DNA from: a virus | Lineage: Duplodnaviria; Caudoviricetes | Virus record (IMG/VR): IMGVR_UViG_3300024262_000031 | Location: 1 to 61,276 of that record | DNA: 61,276 nucleotides | Reading direction: 5' to 3' (one strand) | In this document: positions 46,445 through 55,570 of the stretch, piece by piece | Layout: each line of letters starts with the position of its first letter | How positions within the stretch are numbered: the first letter of the stretch is position 1 | Translations under genes and position numbers: made by a program | Notes under the pieces: model-generated | Database searches by the model: none | What the model saw: only the letters and a program-made list of their open reading frames with translations | What the model was told of the DNA's origin: nothing

Positions 46445-48106
46445 GAAAGCTTTGATATCTTTGTTCGTTACATAACTAGCTGCTAAGGGGAGAGCTATCT
46501 CAGAATAGCAACGGGCGTGAGCGTAATGATCAGCACCTGTTTCAACGTATTTGGCCACTGGGTTACCCAGTTCATCTCTTTCATACGTTCTTACTATGTT
46601 TTTCAATTGCTCTCGGTACTCCCGACCAATGTCACGAGGTAACATAATTCGTTTGGAACGAAATCGTCCCAAAGCCGCGTCTAACCAATTGGTTCGATCT
46701 ACAGTAGCTATTGAGGCTCCTAGATCATCCTCTTGTATCGAAATCTCTTTCCCTGTCTGTCCGCGTCTGTAACGACATAAAGACACATAACCGCGAAACC
46801 GTCGTGCAAACCGTCGAGCGTCATTGATTTGGGGTTCAGCATCTATCACACAGTGCATGATTTGCCACGTTCTCATAAGCTCGTCGAGTCGCTCAAACTC
46901 GTCACCAGCTATTTTACCCACCCAAAGAACTTTAGCGGTGGCTGCAACATTCAAATCATGTGACATTGTATCAAAGAAATATTCAGTTATTTCTACGTTA
47001 TGCCACAGACCTTGGTCTACCCCCATTACAATTAAACGGTCACTTCCTGTAGGTCTCTGCTCTTCTGAAATATAGTTAGCTAAACATTCATCAAGCATAT
47101 CGTCCGTGATTTGTCCACCTTCTGGGATGTAAGGAATGCCAAGTTTAGAGTTATTAAATTCAACGTTGGCTGCTTCATCTCCTAACCCCCGATGGTAAGC
47201 TTCAACTAATTCGCCGGGATTCACTGTCCGTGAATACATTTGATTCACGTGAAAACTTCTGTGATCCTTACCAGATTCTTCATTTGTGACGTGCCAGTTT
47301 GCCGTGTCTAACCAATCAGCTTTGGTTTCGTGGTCTAGTTTATGTCCACACTCTTTACATTTGAGATAAGAGTCTGCACATCGGGGATCATTTACATCTT
47401 CGCCAAAAATCTCGATACAGTCTGGCCAAGTAAGCTCAGTCCATTTGTTACAGTGCGGGCATTGAAATACCCACTCTTCCATTGTTCCCTTAACGTATAA
47501 TTTGTGTATGCCATATTTTGGAAGGGTCGGTGTGCTGATTGCAAAAATACTTTTGTCCATGTGCCCTGATAGACGTTCCATTGCCCGCCAAATAACTGCT
47601 TGATCCATCTCATCTAATTCGTCGAGAATTAGATATGACACTGGGATGGATTTTAGATTACTGTCGCCACGCGAACCACGAATATACAGTGGTATGGCTC
47701 CCGCTTGTTTCAAACTGATGGTATTAGTATCTGTAAACAATCCAGCAATATACGGTGAGTTCAGACAAGCACCACTGAATCGAGTTTTTGAGAAGTCGGA
47801 TGCATTACCTGCGGTGGGTAAAACGTATAAAACAGCCTTCTTCAACACATCTATTGTGAAAAAGGCTCGATTGATAGCTATCTCGGTTACGCCTAGCTGG
47901 GCTCCCTTCATCACTACATTGGTAGAAGCTTGTGAGTCAGATATCTCTCGACACCAAGGATGATTTGCAAAACTGAATGGTCCTGGAAAGTCTGTTTCTT
48001 CGCCCATGACGCGTCGATAGTTTGCCCACTTTGAACAAGTCGTGATGGTTCTGCTTCGCAAACCTTCTGCAATCGACTGGCGTAATTCGTTTATCAATTC
48101 ATTCAT
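46439..48106 (-). CDS. terL: terminase large subunit (lambda GpA-like)
   Basis: VMKGAQLGVTE (Walker A), LILDELDEM (Walker B), ISTPT, CPHC...CKECG zinc motif, MGVDQG nuclease motif, DHYAHA. Confidence 0.93.
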   Translation of the reverse strand: MNELINELRQSIAEGLRSRTITTCSKWANYRRVMGEETDFPGPFSFANHPWCREISDSQASTNVVMKGAQLGVTEIAINRAFFTIDVLKKAVLYVLPTAGNASDFSKTRFSGACLNSPYIAGLFTDTNTISLKQAGAIPLYIRGSRGDSNLKSIPVSYLILDELDEMDQAVIWRAMERLSGHMDKSIFAISTPTLPKYGIHKLYVKGTMEEWVFQCPHCNKWTELTWPDCIEIFGEDVNDPRCADSYLKCKECGHKLDHETKADWLDTANWHVTNEESGKDHRSFHVNQMYSRTVNPGELVEAYHRGLGDEAANVEFNNSKLGIPYIPEGGQITDDMLDECLANYISEEQRPTGSDRLIVMGVDQGLWHNVEITEYFFDTMSHDLNVAATAKVLWVGKIAGDEFERLDELMRTWQIMHCVIDAEPQINDARRFARRFRGYVSLCRYRRGQTGKEISIQEDDLGASIATVDRTNWLDAALGRFRSKRIMLPRDIGREYREQLKNIVRTYERDELGNPVAKYVETGADHYAHARCYSEIALPLAASYVTNKDIKAFL

Positions 48107-48123
48107 CCAGTTAGTTAAATACA

Positions 48124-48218
48124 GAGATCGCTCAAGTGTTCGTAATTGGTCCTTAACGGCCTAGTTCAGTGGTCAGGCGGTTAATGATTCTCCGGGCGTT
48201 CACATCCTGAGCGATCTC
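48124..48218. other. long interrupted hairpin upstream of terL
   Basis: GAGATCGCTCA/TGAGCGATCTC outer stem; inner TTAAC.GCCT/AGGC.GTTAA stem. Confidence 0.6.
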
Positions 48219-48268
48219 GTTTATCTTTCTACAAGCGTGCTTCGTTCAATGGTCATACGGCCTCAGTC

Positions 48269-48958
48269 TTAGTCTTTGGCCTCCACGTCCGGCTTCGGAG
48301 CCGGTTCAGGGGCCGGTTTAGGTTCAGGTGTCAGTGCCGGTTTTGGATCAGGGTCCGGTTTCCGACGCCGATAAGGTGCAGGGGCCGGTTTAGGGGCCGG
48401 TTTCGGTTCAGGTGTCAGTGCCGGTTTAGGGGCCGGTGGTGCCGGTTTAGGGGCCGGTGGTGCCGGTTTAGGGGCCGGTGGTGCCGGTTTAGGGGCCGGT
48501 GGTGCCGGTTTAGGGGCTGGTGGTGCCGGTTTCGGGGCCAGTGGGGCTGTGCTCTGCTTTGGTTCCACGTGATTTGAAACTCGTGCCGCAATTACCTTCC
48601 CACCGTTTGGCGAAGGTGTTCCCTCTTCATGAACAGAGTCTAAACCTGCTTTAGGAATTGGTTTCTGAGGGCTATAGGGTGGTGAATGGTCCACAATAGA
48701 GGCTGGCTTAGTCTCTACCCTGCGGAAATTTTCAGGTCGGTGACGCTCGGCGTCATACTCGACCCAGTCTTCTTCAAAAGCACGGCTCAACAGAAGTCTA
48801 CTGTTGTGATCGTAAGCATGAAAAGTAATCAAGTCGGGTTTACCTTGCAAATCAATCTCAGCCCGGGGGAGCATTTCAATGCGGTTGGCTCCCTTTGGCT
48901 CATAAATATGCAAACAAATCTTGGCAGTCCCAGGTGGGCATACAGGAAGTCGAAACAT
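48269..48958 (-). CDS. protein with Pro/Lys-rich C-terminal tail (APPAPKP repeats)
   Basis: 21-bp tandem repeats at about 48418-48540. Confidence 0.75.
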   Translation of the reverse strand: MFRLPVCPPGTAKICLHIYEPKGANRIEMLPRAEIDLQGKPDLITFHAYDHNSRLLLSRAFEEDWVEYDAERHRPENFRRVETKPASIVDHSPPYSPQKPIPKAGLDSVHEEGTPSPNGGKVIAARVSNHVEPKQSTAPLAPKPAPPAPKPAPPAPKPAPPAPKPAPPAPKPAPPAPKPALTPEPKPAPKPAPAPYRRRKPDPDPKPALTPEPKPAPEPAPKPDVEAKD

Positions 48959-49500
48959 TAGCTATCCCTCCGATGTCGTTTTTGTTTGGGAATGGGCGGC
49001 TGGTCCAAGAACATAAGCACGGTAAGCAAAAGTCTGAGAATCGTGGGCCAGTTTTCTTTGAACCAAACAAGAACGGCCTGCCAGATAGTTGTCCAATCCA
49101 CATTGGATAGTTCAGCCTTTGGCATCTCGGCTCGAACCTTAGTCTCAAATGCTTGCCATGCGTCATACGGCTGACCGTCGCGCATTCGTACAGGTTTTTT
49201 AATCAAATCTACAATCATCCGATGCTCGGCGGTTGTAATATCACCGTGCCTACGAGCACGTCTAGCGGCCAGTCGAGTCAAAAATTTGAAGTCACGACCC
49301 ATCCGCGTTGGATGATCTTGATACTGGAGGGCGTACTGAAGAAATTCTTCGTCCCCCTCACCTTCCAGTAGAATCTCTTCATCCGTTTGAACTCCCACTT
49401 CCACTTCTGGGACGACTTCATCCTCTATGAGATGCCCACCTCTGGAGTATGGGGTGGATGGAAGTTCGTGTTCGTGTTCGTGTTCACTCATAGTTACCAT
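48958..49500 (-). CDS. hypothetical protein with C-terminal amphipathic/TM segment
   Basis: DWTTIWQAVLVWFKENWPTILRLLLTVLMFL followed by a basic tail. Confidence 0.7.
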   Translation of the reverse strand: MVTMSEHEHEHELPSTPYSRGGHLIEDEVVPEVEVGVQTDEEILLEGEGDEEFLQYALQYQDHPTRMGRDFKFLTRLAARRARRHGDITTAEHRMIVDLIKKPVRMRDGQPYDAWQAFETKVRAEMPKAELSNVDWTTIWQAVLVWFKENWPTILRLLLTVLMFLDQPPIPKQKRHRRDS

Positions 49501-50204
49501 AGCCTATAACTGGGACCGCTTACAAAATCATAGTTTGGACGGTCGGGGTTTGGATTAGGTGTGGGTGGTAGTGGTAGTGGTAGGTCCGGTTGAGGCTTCT
49601 TTAAGTATTTCAAAATCTCAGACCTCGTAGTGGACCCAAAACGTTGAATCATTTCTCCGCCCTCAAAAATCATTATCGTTGGGTACGAAGAAACATTGTA
49701 TTGGTTGACGAGGGTGGTATTATATTTGTTGTGGGCTACATGAATTTCATATCCTTCAGCTTCTAAAGCTTCTATGATGGGATACATGCTTTTGCAAGGT
49801 TGACACCCATCCATAGTGAAGAAAATCAAGTATTCCGACGACGTATTCGGGATCGAAACCTTTTTCGCCCATCTTCGGGGGAATCTTGGTCCTGCTCCTT
49901 TGATATCCTCTTCCGTCTTCGTCTTCGATATTGGCTCTCTGGCCCAGTCGAGTCCGTCTCGTCCCAAGTCTCCCGTGGAGTTGAGTCCGTCGTATTCCTG
50001 GAGTCGAGCGGCGGTGCGCCTGAATGATCCAAGTAAGCGTCCCCTATCTCGGAAACCTTCGTCACTGTCTCTGGTACGTTGATCTTCTGACCGGACTTTA
50101 TACTTCTCCAGAGACCCCAGAGAAATCCAATCACTTTCCGCATGAGCTTGAACATAAGTCGGTCCCATTACTAAAAGTAGGACAATTGTTGCTAGTAATC
50201 GCAT
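49494..50204 (-). CDS. exported thioredoxin-fold protein
   Basis: N-terminal signal peptide; FTMDGCQPCK (CxxC) and cis-Pro motif YNVSSYPT. Confidence 0.85.
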   Translation of the reverse strand: MRLLATIVLLLVMGPTYVQAHAESDWISLGSLEKYKVRSEDQRTRDSDEGFRDRGRLLGSFRRTAARLQEYDGLNSTGDLGRDGLDWAREPISKTKTEEDIKGAGPRFPRRWAKKVSIPNTSSEYLIFFTMDGCQPCKSMYPIIEALEAEGYEIHVAHNKYNTTLVNQYNVSSYPTIMIFEGGEMIQRFGSTTRSEILKYLKKPQPDLPLPLPPTPNPNPDRPNYDFVSGPSYRLW

Positions 50205-50225
50205 TTGTTTCCCCTCGTGCCCCTG

Positions 50226-52262
50226 TTACCAAAAGCGGTAATCTATATCAAGCCGTGGGTACCCAATGTAGGCACTCATAGCTATACTGTCACCTTGTCT
50301 TAAACCACGGTCAATAACGCTAGCATCTGCCCAAAAAGAACCTTCAGGTTGATCGTGTCGTTTTGGGCCATATGTCCAATTAGAATTACCAGCCCAAACT
50401 GCTCTACCATTTCGTCGCACATAAATAACTTGATTCGGGACTGTGACACAAAATACCTCGCCTCGATAAGGTAGTAATATTGGCTTATAGGCTATATGTT
50501 GCTCTAAAGCTTTTACTTTAATTCCAACTCGGTATTCAATGTGTCGAGTAATTCCGCCTGTTCCATTATCGCGTCCACGTCGATCTGTGTACGAAATATC
50601 TCCAGCAAGTCCACAATGTAACAACAGACGTTGAAAATCATCAGCTAATCGTTTAGACGATGTGTAATAAGTCCTCTTGATACCCGTTAAGCCGGGACTA
50701 ATTGATCCATCACCTAGCATCAAAGCATCATACAATATTCTCAATTGGCGAGCCGAACATTCCCATACATAATCAGGAATATATTTTTCATGGGCTTTAC
50801 CAAAAGATTTTAACTCAGCTAATAAATCTCTACTAGTTTGATTTAGAAAGTGAGTATCATAGTTACAAAACTTAAAAGGTAATTGTTCTATGCAAGCTTG
50901 AATAATAGCATAGTTTTCTTTGTTTGTTTGACAAACTCCAACCCCTCTTTTGATACCATTTTTTACAACATCTCTAACACCAGGGGTATATGATTGATTT
51001 TCAGTGGTATAACCCTCTGACAAAAAGTAGCCAAGAAATTCTAACCACAAGTCCATTGGAATTTCAGCATCCCCTATTTGATGAGTTTCTTTGTCAGGTC
51101 GTGAATTATTTGCATCCTTTTTCATTTTAATAGTTTGAATGCACTCATCGGCCCGTGTTAAAAACCAATCATCCGTTTTTGCTGTTTTAGCAACATATAA
51201 ATTATGGTTAGGTGTAATAGCTAAATCAATATCTCTGGATTTATGATGCCATAGATAATCGTTATAAGGATAACGATGATAGCAAGTTGGCGCTTGATAC
51301 TCAAGTTCATGTGTTTCTTGATTCAAAGTAGCTACTTTCTCAGACTCATTTAAGTCTTTGAAAAGCTTCCAACCCTCATTAGTAAGAATCTCGGTTTGCT
51401 CGTCATAGCATCCCCAACTGTTAATAATAAGTCCGCCCGGACGTTTATATTGGTCGTCTATCCCGGCAATAAGCATACAATGCATCCATGGGCGTCGTCC
51501 AGGAGTCAAGAATCCATCTCTATCTCGCCCACCCCGAGTCTTGAAGCCCACGCTGCTACACATCGCAACGGGGTGACCGTTTGCTATCGAATCACGGCAT
51601 TCATCCCATGATCGGCATAGCGAGACAGTCTTCACCGGGTGTAACCGGCACAAAGGTTCTAGGGGGTCGGGAACTCCCGTTCGTCCCAGTGTGCGAGCCA
51701 CCTGGCCTGAATATTCAGTGTAGTCGTATTTACCACCGAGATACCGTTTACGATGTAATACGCCCCACTTATTGATGAATTCTCCAGCCCAAGTCCCCAT
51801 TGAGCCATCGCCTCGGATTGTACCACCACCGGCTTCTATTCGACTCCCCGCGTAGAGAATCTCAGTAGCAACTTTGGCAACCCAACGCTCAGTTTTACCG
51901 GGCATGAGCATCTGAACGGCTGATAAAAGGTCTATACCGAGACCAAAACCATGCGAGACGCAATCACCAATTTCTTGTAGATGAGGAACCAACGGATTCT
52001 GGGTTACTTCCTCGAAGTACTTCCAGAGTAAGGTAACTTTACCCTTTCCAGACTCTCGAATCTCTTGATTTTGTTGCGAGAGGAATGGTTTCTGGTGGCT
52101 CTGGACCCATGTAGTCCTGGATATTTCATCATTAACCCAGCCAGCCTGTAACGGAAGGCGCGAATCGTCTCTGGCTTGTACCCATGGGGGTGTCCAGAGT
52201 CCACTACCAGCCGCTAACCCAGCTACACTGAGTCCCTGTTTTAAGAAGTCACGCCTTCGCAT
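50226..52262 (-). CDS. Tat-exported papain-family (C1-like) cysteine peptidase with an intein
   Basis: MRRRDFLK Tat signal; Q..GDCV catalytic Cys; HCMLIAG His; INSWG...W Asn motif; GSFW. Confidence 0.85.
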   Translation of the reverse strand: MRRRDFLKQGLSVAGLAAGSGLWTPPWVQARDDSRLPLQAGWVNDEISRTTWVQSHQKPFLSQQNQEIRESGKGKVTLLWKYFEEVTQNPLVPHLQEIGDCVSHGFGLGIDLLSAVQMLMPGKTERWVAKVATEILYAGSRIEAGGGTIRGDGSMGTWAGEFINKWGVLHRKRYLGGKYDYTEYSGQVARTLGRTGVPDPLEPLCRLHPVKTVSLCRSWDECRDSIANGHPVAMCSSVGFKTRGGRDRDGFLTPGRRPWMHCMLIAGIDDQYKRPGGLIINSWGCYDEQTEILTNEGWKLFKDLNESEKVATLNQETHELEYQAPTCYHRYPYNDYLWHHKSRDIDLAITPNHNLYVAKTAKTDDWFLTRADECIQTIKMKKDANNSRPDKETHQIGDAEIPMDLWLEFLGYFLSEGYTTENQSYTPGVRDVVKNGIKRGVGVCQTNKENYAIIQACIEQLPFKFCNYDTHFLNQTSRDLLAELKSFGKAHEKYIPDYVWECSARQLRILYDALMLGDGSISPGLTGIKRTYYTSSKRLADDFQRLLLHCGLAGDISYTDRRGRDNGTGGITRHIEYRVGIKVKALEQHIAYKPILLPYRGEVFCVTVPNQVIYVRRNGRAVWAGNSNWTYGPKRHDQPEGSFWADASVIDRGLRQGDSIAMSAYIGYPRLDIDYRFW
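50385..51410 (-). mobile_element. intein with LAGLIDADG endonuclease (342 aa)
   Basis: Starts CYDEQTEILT; block B ITPNH; LGYFLSEG and ALMLGDGS; ends VFCVTVPN..IYVRRNGRAVWAGN, followed by Ser+1. Confidence 0.92.
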
Positions 52263-52276
52263 ACAGTCCTCACTTT

Positions 52277-53128
52277 CTACCGGGCTGCAAAATATCTCAG
52301 ACCCTTAGCTATTTCTTTCCACGCCTCAGAGTGTTGGTCTGGACTTACCAGCTTACCATCATCGGCTCTAGCTTCTAACTCAGCTTGAAGGCCACGCAAA
52401 AATGGAATCCAAACTTGCAGCCTGTCCCCCAACGCCCCTTTATTTGCATCGGTTGTAGACTGAATAATATCATACGCAGTGGTCAAGACGCCAGCGTCTA
52501 TTTGAGACGCCACACTTTCAAAACCATTGGCCAACTGACGTGCCTCAGCACTTCGAGTTGGGGATTGTATTTGTCCGCACCATCCGTTGACTTGCTTAGC
52601 AAGTTCGGAAGTCAGGACACTGGGTCCGGGTAGTGGTGGTGTGATAGGATCGGGAGGTTCAACGGGGCCGGGTGGTGCAATGCCTAAGACGCGCACAACG
52701 TGACGTTTAACGTCAACGGTGTCAGCAGCAGCACCGGCGATAATGAACATGAATTCCCCAGGTACGCCAGAACTAAAGACCGCTCGTCGCCCGTCGTCAA
52801 TGACTAAGAAGTCCTCTGTTTCTGGAACAACCAACCACTTGAACGTTACCGCTGTGGATTCAGATACATCCAAAACTACCAGCTTACCAAGTTTGACTTC
52901 CTTCGGGGCTGAAACAACTACTACAGCTTCTCCACCCGCTTGAATGTCTGTTAAGCCTTGATAAACTGCTGTCTTTGGTACTAGCTCTTGGCCATAAAGT
53001 TGCGACCCTACGTTCCCTGGCAGGCTTATATAGCTGCCAACACTGAAAAAACCAACCACTGCAATTACAATTACAATGAAGCTAGCAATTCCCGTGAGTA
53101 ACCACTTTCTTTTTCTGTTAAAATTCAT
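52277..53128 (-). CDS. membrane-anchored protein (TM, Ig/PKD-like domain, Pro linker, helical domain)
   Basis: KRKWLLTGIASFIVIVIAVVGFF TM; beta-rich domain; PPGPVEPPDPITPPLPGP linker. Confidence 0.75.
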   Translation of the reverse strand: MNFNRKRKWLLTGIASFIVIVIAVVGFFSVGSYISLPGNVGSQLYGQELVPKTAVYQGLTDIQAGGEAVVVVSAPKEVKLGKLVVLDVSESTAVTFKWLVVPETEDFLVIDDGRRAVFSSGVPGEFMFIIAGAAADTVDVKRHVVRVLGIAPPGPVEPPDPITPPLPGPSVLTSELAKQVNGWCGQIQSPTRSAEARQLANGFESVASQIDAGVLTTAYDIIQSTTDANKGALGDRLQVWIPFLRGLQAELEARADDGKLVSPDQHSEAWKEIAKGLRYFAAR

Positions 53129-53154
53129 CTTTTCCCCCGCAAGATATTCTAGCC

Positions 53155-53328
53155 TTACAGTACTAAGTACTTATAGGCTTCAATCGGCCACGCAAAACAA
53201 TATACGATTTCATTGAGTGTTAGATTTCCATCATAGCTCATGGCATGCCCGGCTAGTACCAATACGACTGCCCCGCCAAGCCAAAATCCCGACCCAAAAA
53301 TAAGCCCCCGCGTCAATAGCTTCAACAT
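53155..53328 (-). CDS. small membrane protein
   Basis: 57 aa, hydrophobic; GAGGGG RBS. Confidence 0.6.
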   Translation of the reverse strand: MLKLLTRGLIFGSGFWLGGAVVLVLAGHAMSYDGNLTLNEIVYCFAWPIEAYKYLVL

Positions 53329-53365
53329 TGTATTTCCCCTCATCCACCCCTAAAATACCCATGTG

Positions 53366-53396
53366 GCGGACGGTCTGGGGCAAGACCGCCCGCCAG
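53366..53396. terminator. GC-rich hairpin, putative terminator or processing site
   Basis: GGCGGACGGTCT...AGACCGCCCGCC. Confidence 0.5.
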
Positions 53397-53417
53397 CCTA
53401 CATAGCCCTTCCAGGGC

Positions 53418-53585
53418 TTATTCGCTCTCCGGTTGCTCTGGTTGCTCCAGTTGCTCCAGTTGCTCCAGTTGCTCCGGGGGTCCAAGAGGCTTTCGCCTTT
53501 TTCGTCCCGAGCCTCTTTTGAACTTAATTTTCTGTCGTCTAGGCGGTTTAGGCTGCTCAGGCGATTCGGGTTTTTGCTCATCCAT
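53418..53585 (-). CDS. small disordered protein (55 aa, MDEQKPESPEQPKPPRRQKIKFKRG...EQLEQLEQLEQPEQPESE)
   Basis: Read manually; AAGGGA RBS; 9-bp repeats GAGCAACTG; ends before the hairpin. Confidence 0.6.
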   Translation of the reverse strand: MDEQKPESPEQPKPPRRQKIKFKRGSGRKRRKPLGPPEQLEQLEQLEQPEQPESE

Positions 53586-53608
53586 TATAGTTAGTCCCTT
53601 TACTGGGG

Positions 53609-53785
53609 TTATCGTCGGGGTTTCTTGGGTTGACCAGTCGGATTCCAGATTTCTGGACCAGCCGGTTTCTTTACAGTTTCACCGGGTGACTTAACAACAT
53701 CGCTACCAGGTCCAGGTGACTTTGCACCGACTGGCGGATACTGAGATTTGTCGCCCGCAGGCAGATTTCCAAATGTTTTTGTCAT
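53609..53785 (-). CDS. small Pro/Gly/Lys-rich protein (58 aa, MTKTFGNLPAGDKSQYPP...)
   Basis: Read manually; starts 5 nt after the previous stop. Confidence 0.55.
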   Translation of the reverse strand: MTKTFGNLPAGDKSQYPPVGAKSPGPGSDVVKSPGETVKKPAGPEIWNPTGQPKKPRR

Positions 53786-53790
53786 AGTTG

Positions 53791-54021
53791 TTACCCAATC
53801 TTCTTCCAGGTAGCAAACCGCAGTATGGTGTTGACTAAACCTTGGGCTGCGATTAACCCAGCGATGAGTGTCGCATTGTCTGCAATTAGGTCATGTCCAG
53901 CGACGTAGCCGATAATACCGGCAACAAGCGTGAGGCCATTAACCCAAATTATCTTTGATTGCCAAAAGGGCTTTGCTTCCACAGGGGTATCAGCCTTGGG
54001 AGCAAGATCATAATCAGCCAT
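53791..54021 (-). CDS. holin-like two-TM protein
   Basis: KPFWQSKIIWVN.L...A and G.VN.ILRF.T pattern, 76 aa; AGGAGG RBS. Confidence 0.7.
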   Translation of the reverse strand: MADYDLAPKADTPVEAKPFWQSKIIWVNGLTLVAGIIGYVAGHDLIADNATLIAGLIAAQGLVNTILRFATWKKIG

Positions 54022-54043
54022 ATTTATACCCTCCTAATGAGGT

Positions 54044-54739
54044 TTACGTGAAATCGTAAGTGTCAATTGCTGCGGGACCAACCTCGTCACCAATCGGGTA
54101 ACGTAGATTCGGGGTTCTCATCCATCCCTGTGGTCCGTAGCGAGTTACTTTTGAGGTTCCGTGCCAGTACAGATTTCCGAAAGGAGTCACCAAGTAATCA
54201 TTGGGTTTGTTACCATCTGGGACTTCCTTGCCGTCGTAGTATACATGACCTTCGTGGTGGTATTTATCTCTCGGTGGCACAAGATGCTCAACATAGTATT
54301 TCCAGGCACCGTCTTCAAAGGTGCGGGAAATATCTATTCCGTAGACGGCCTTTGTAGATATAAGCTCGTCCGGAATTGTCAGTTCTTTACCAACGGGGCC
54401 GCTAACAGCCGCGAATTGCCAGCCCGCATCACCTTGCCAAAAACACTTGCCCCAAGGGGTAGTATAGAAGTCATTGATATCTTTAGCTATCAGACAACTA
54501 TTCTTGTAGCAAAGTACGCCCATGCTGTCTTTATAAACAGACCAATGCCAACCGTCCTTCTCCATTGGTATGGGTGAGGCATCAGTTGGCACAGGTATAG
54601 ACACGTCAACAGTGGGTTGATTTGGTTGGGCGGGATTTTCGACGACGCTACTACCGTCAGTCAGTTGTAGATTCACTGACAGAAGAATAGCGATAGAAAA
54701 TGTAATGACCAGCAGAAATACGTCTTTAAGCCTGTTCAT
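54044..54739 (-). CDS. exported or TM-anchored protein with two internal repeats
   Basis: N-terminal hydrophobic helix; repeats DG.W...ND...TP(W/F)G...W.G...GW....P.G.E. Confidence 0.7.
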   Translation of the reverse strand: MNRLKDVFLLVITFSIAILLSVNLQLTDGSSVVENPAQPNQPTVDVSIPVPTDASPIPMEKDGWHWSVYKDSMGVLCYKNSCLIAKDINDFYTTPWGKCFWQGDAGWQFAAVSGPVGKELTIPDELISTKAVYGIDISRTFEDGAWKYYVEHLVPPRDKYHHEGHVYYDGKEVPDGNKPNDYLVTPFGNLYWHGTSKVTRYGPQGWMRTPNLRYPIGDEVGPAAIDTYDFT

Positions 54740-54968
54740 TGTTTCCGTCTTTTATGGTTCGGAGTAGGTGTTGTTCAATTTTAGCTTTTAACATGTTGAC
54801 TGTTCCAAGACAAGCAAAGGGCTCGCCACGAAACAGATAAGATACGTTCTCGCGTTTAAGTTCTGAGCCTTTATCAAGCAAGCCTATCATTGCGAATACA
54901 TCAAATCGTTTTTTAAGAGCATCTAAAAGCTCTTTGGTTGGAACAATGTCTAATTCTTCAGGATTCAT
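54726..54968 (-). CDS. hypothetical protein
   Basis: 80-aa ORF coupled to both neighbours. Confidence 0.65.
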   Translation of the reverse strand: MNPEELDIVPTKELLDALKKRFDVFAMIGLLDKGSELKRENVSYLFRGEPFACLGTVNMLKAKIEQHLLRTIKDGNNEQA

Positions 54969-54969
54969 A

Positions 54970-55512
54970 CTAATCGTCGCCTTGATCTTTCCCAGCCGTA
55001 AGGATGGCTGAGACTATTCGGTCACTGATCTTGTCAATTATGATATCACTGTCGTCGATATCTTCTAGTTCTTCTATGATAATCTCTATAATCTCGCGGC
55101 CCAGGGCCACTATAGAAGACTTAGAGAGTAACGTACCGAGATTACGTTCTACCAGATTACAAGCTTTAACCAGGCGTTCTACTGTGAGAAGAAGAGAATT
55201 AAGCGTGCCACAAGCAGCGAGTAATTCGCCATCACCTGCAATCATATTGAATCGACTCTCGATTAACATTCTAGCGAATGCAATCTCTTCCCGAAGCGAC
55301 TTGACATCCTCGTGGTCACTTAGGGTAGCGAGACGGCCAGAATAGCGCGCATCAGTCAGCAAATAGTGACGCATTTTAGCAGCCTCAACGCGACCCTCAG
55401 CACGATAGTCATGCCCTGCACAATACAGGGAGCCTTCGACTCGCTCTTGGGTACATTGAGCCTTGTCACTTACATGCTGGCAGCGTTTGTCGGGGTCTGC
55501 TATTCGTGGCAT
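54970..55512 (-). CDS. probable terminase small subunit
   Basis: First gene of the late operon; C-x8-C-x10-C-x2-H N-terminus and SLREEIAFAR helix as in HGGxSTG-type terS-like proteins. Confidence 0.55.
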   Translation of the reverse strand: MPRIADPDKRCQHVSDKAQCTQERVEGSLYCAGHDYRAEGRVEAAKMRHYLLTDARYSGRLATLSDHEDVKSLREEIAFARMLIESRFNMIAGDGELLAACGTLNSLLLTVERLVKACNLVERNLGTLLSKSSIVALGREIIEIIIEELEDIDDSDIIIDKISDRIVSAILTAGKDQGDD

Positions 55513-55570
55513 GGCGTTACTGGGGGTTAGGTGTTAGTCCTATAGAGGGGTTAGTATTATCCCTTTTTCC

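Noticed and set aside
48124-48218. Known ribozyme, SRP RNA or 6S RNA
   Set aside because: No hammerhead CUGAnGA/GAAA core or SRP GGAA-loop motif recognised; too short for 6S RNA
53231-53581. 116-aa ORF with SNWSNW repeats
   Set aside because: It overlaps a hairpin and the next gene; the alternative frame 53418..53585 has an RBS and a clean fit
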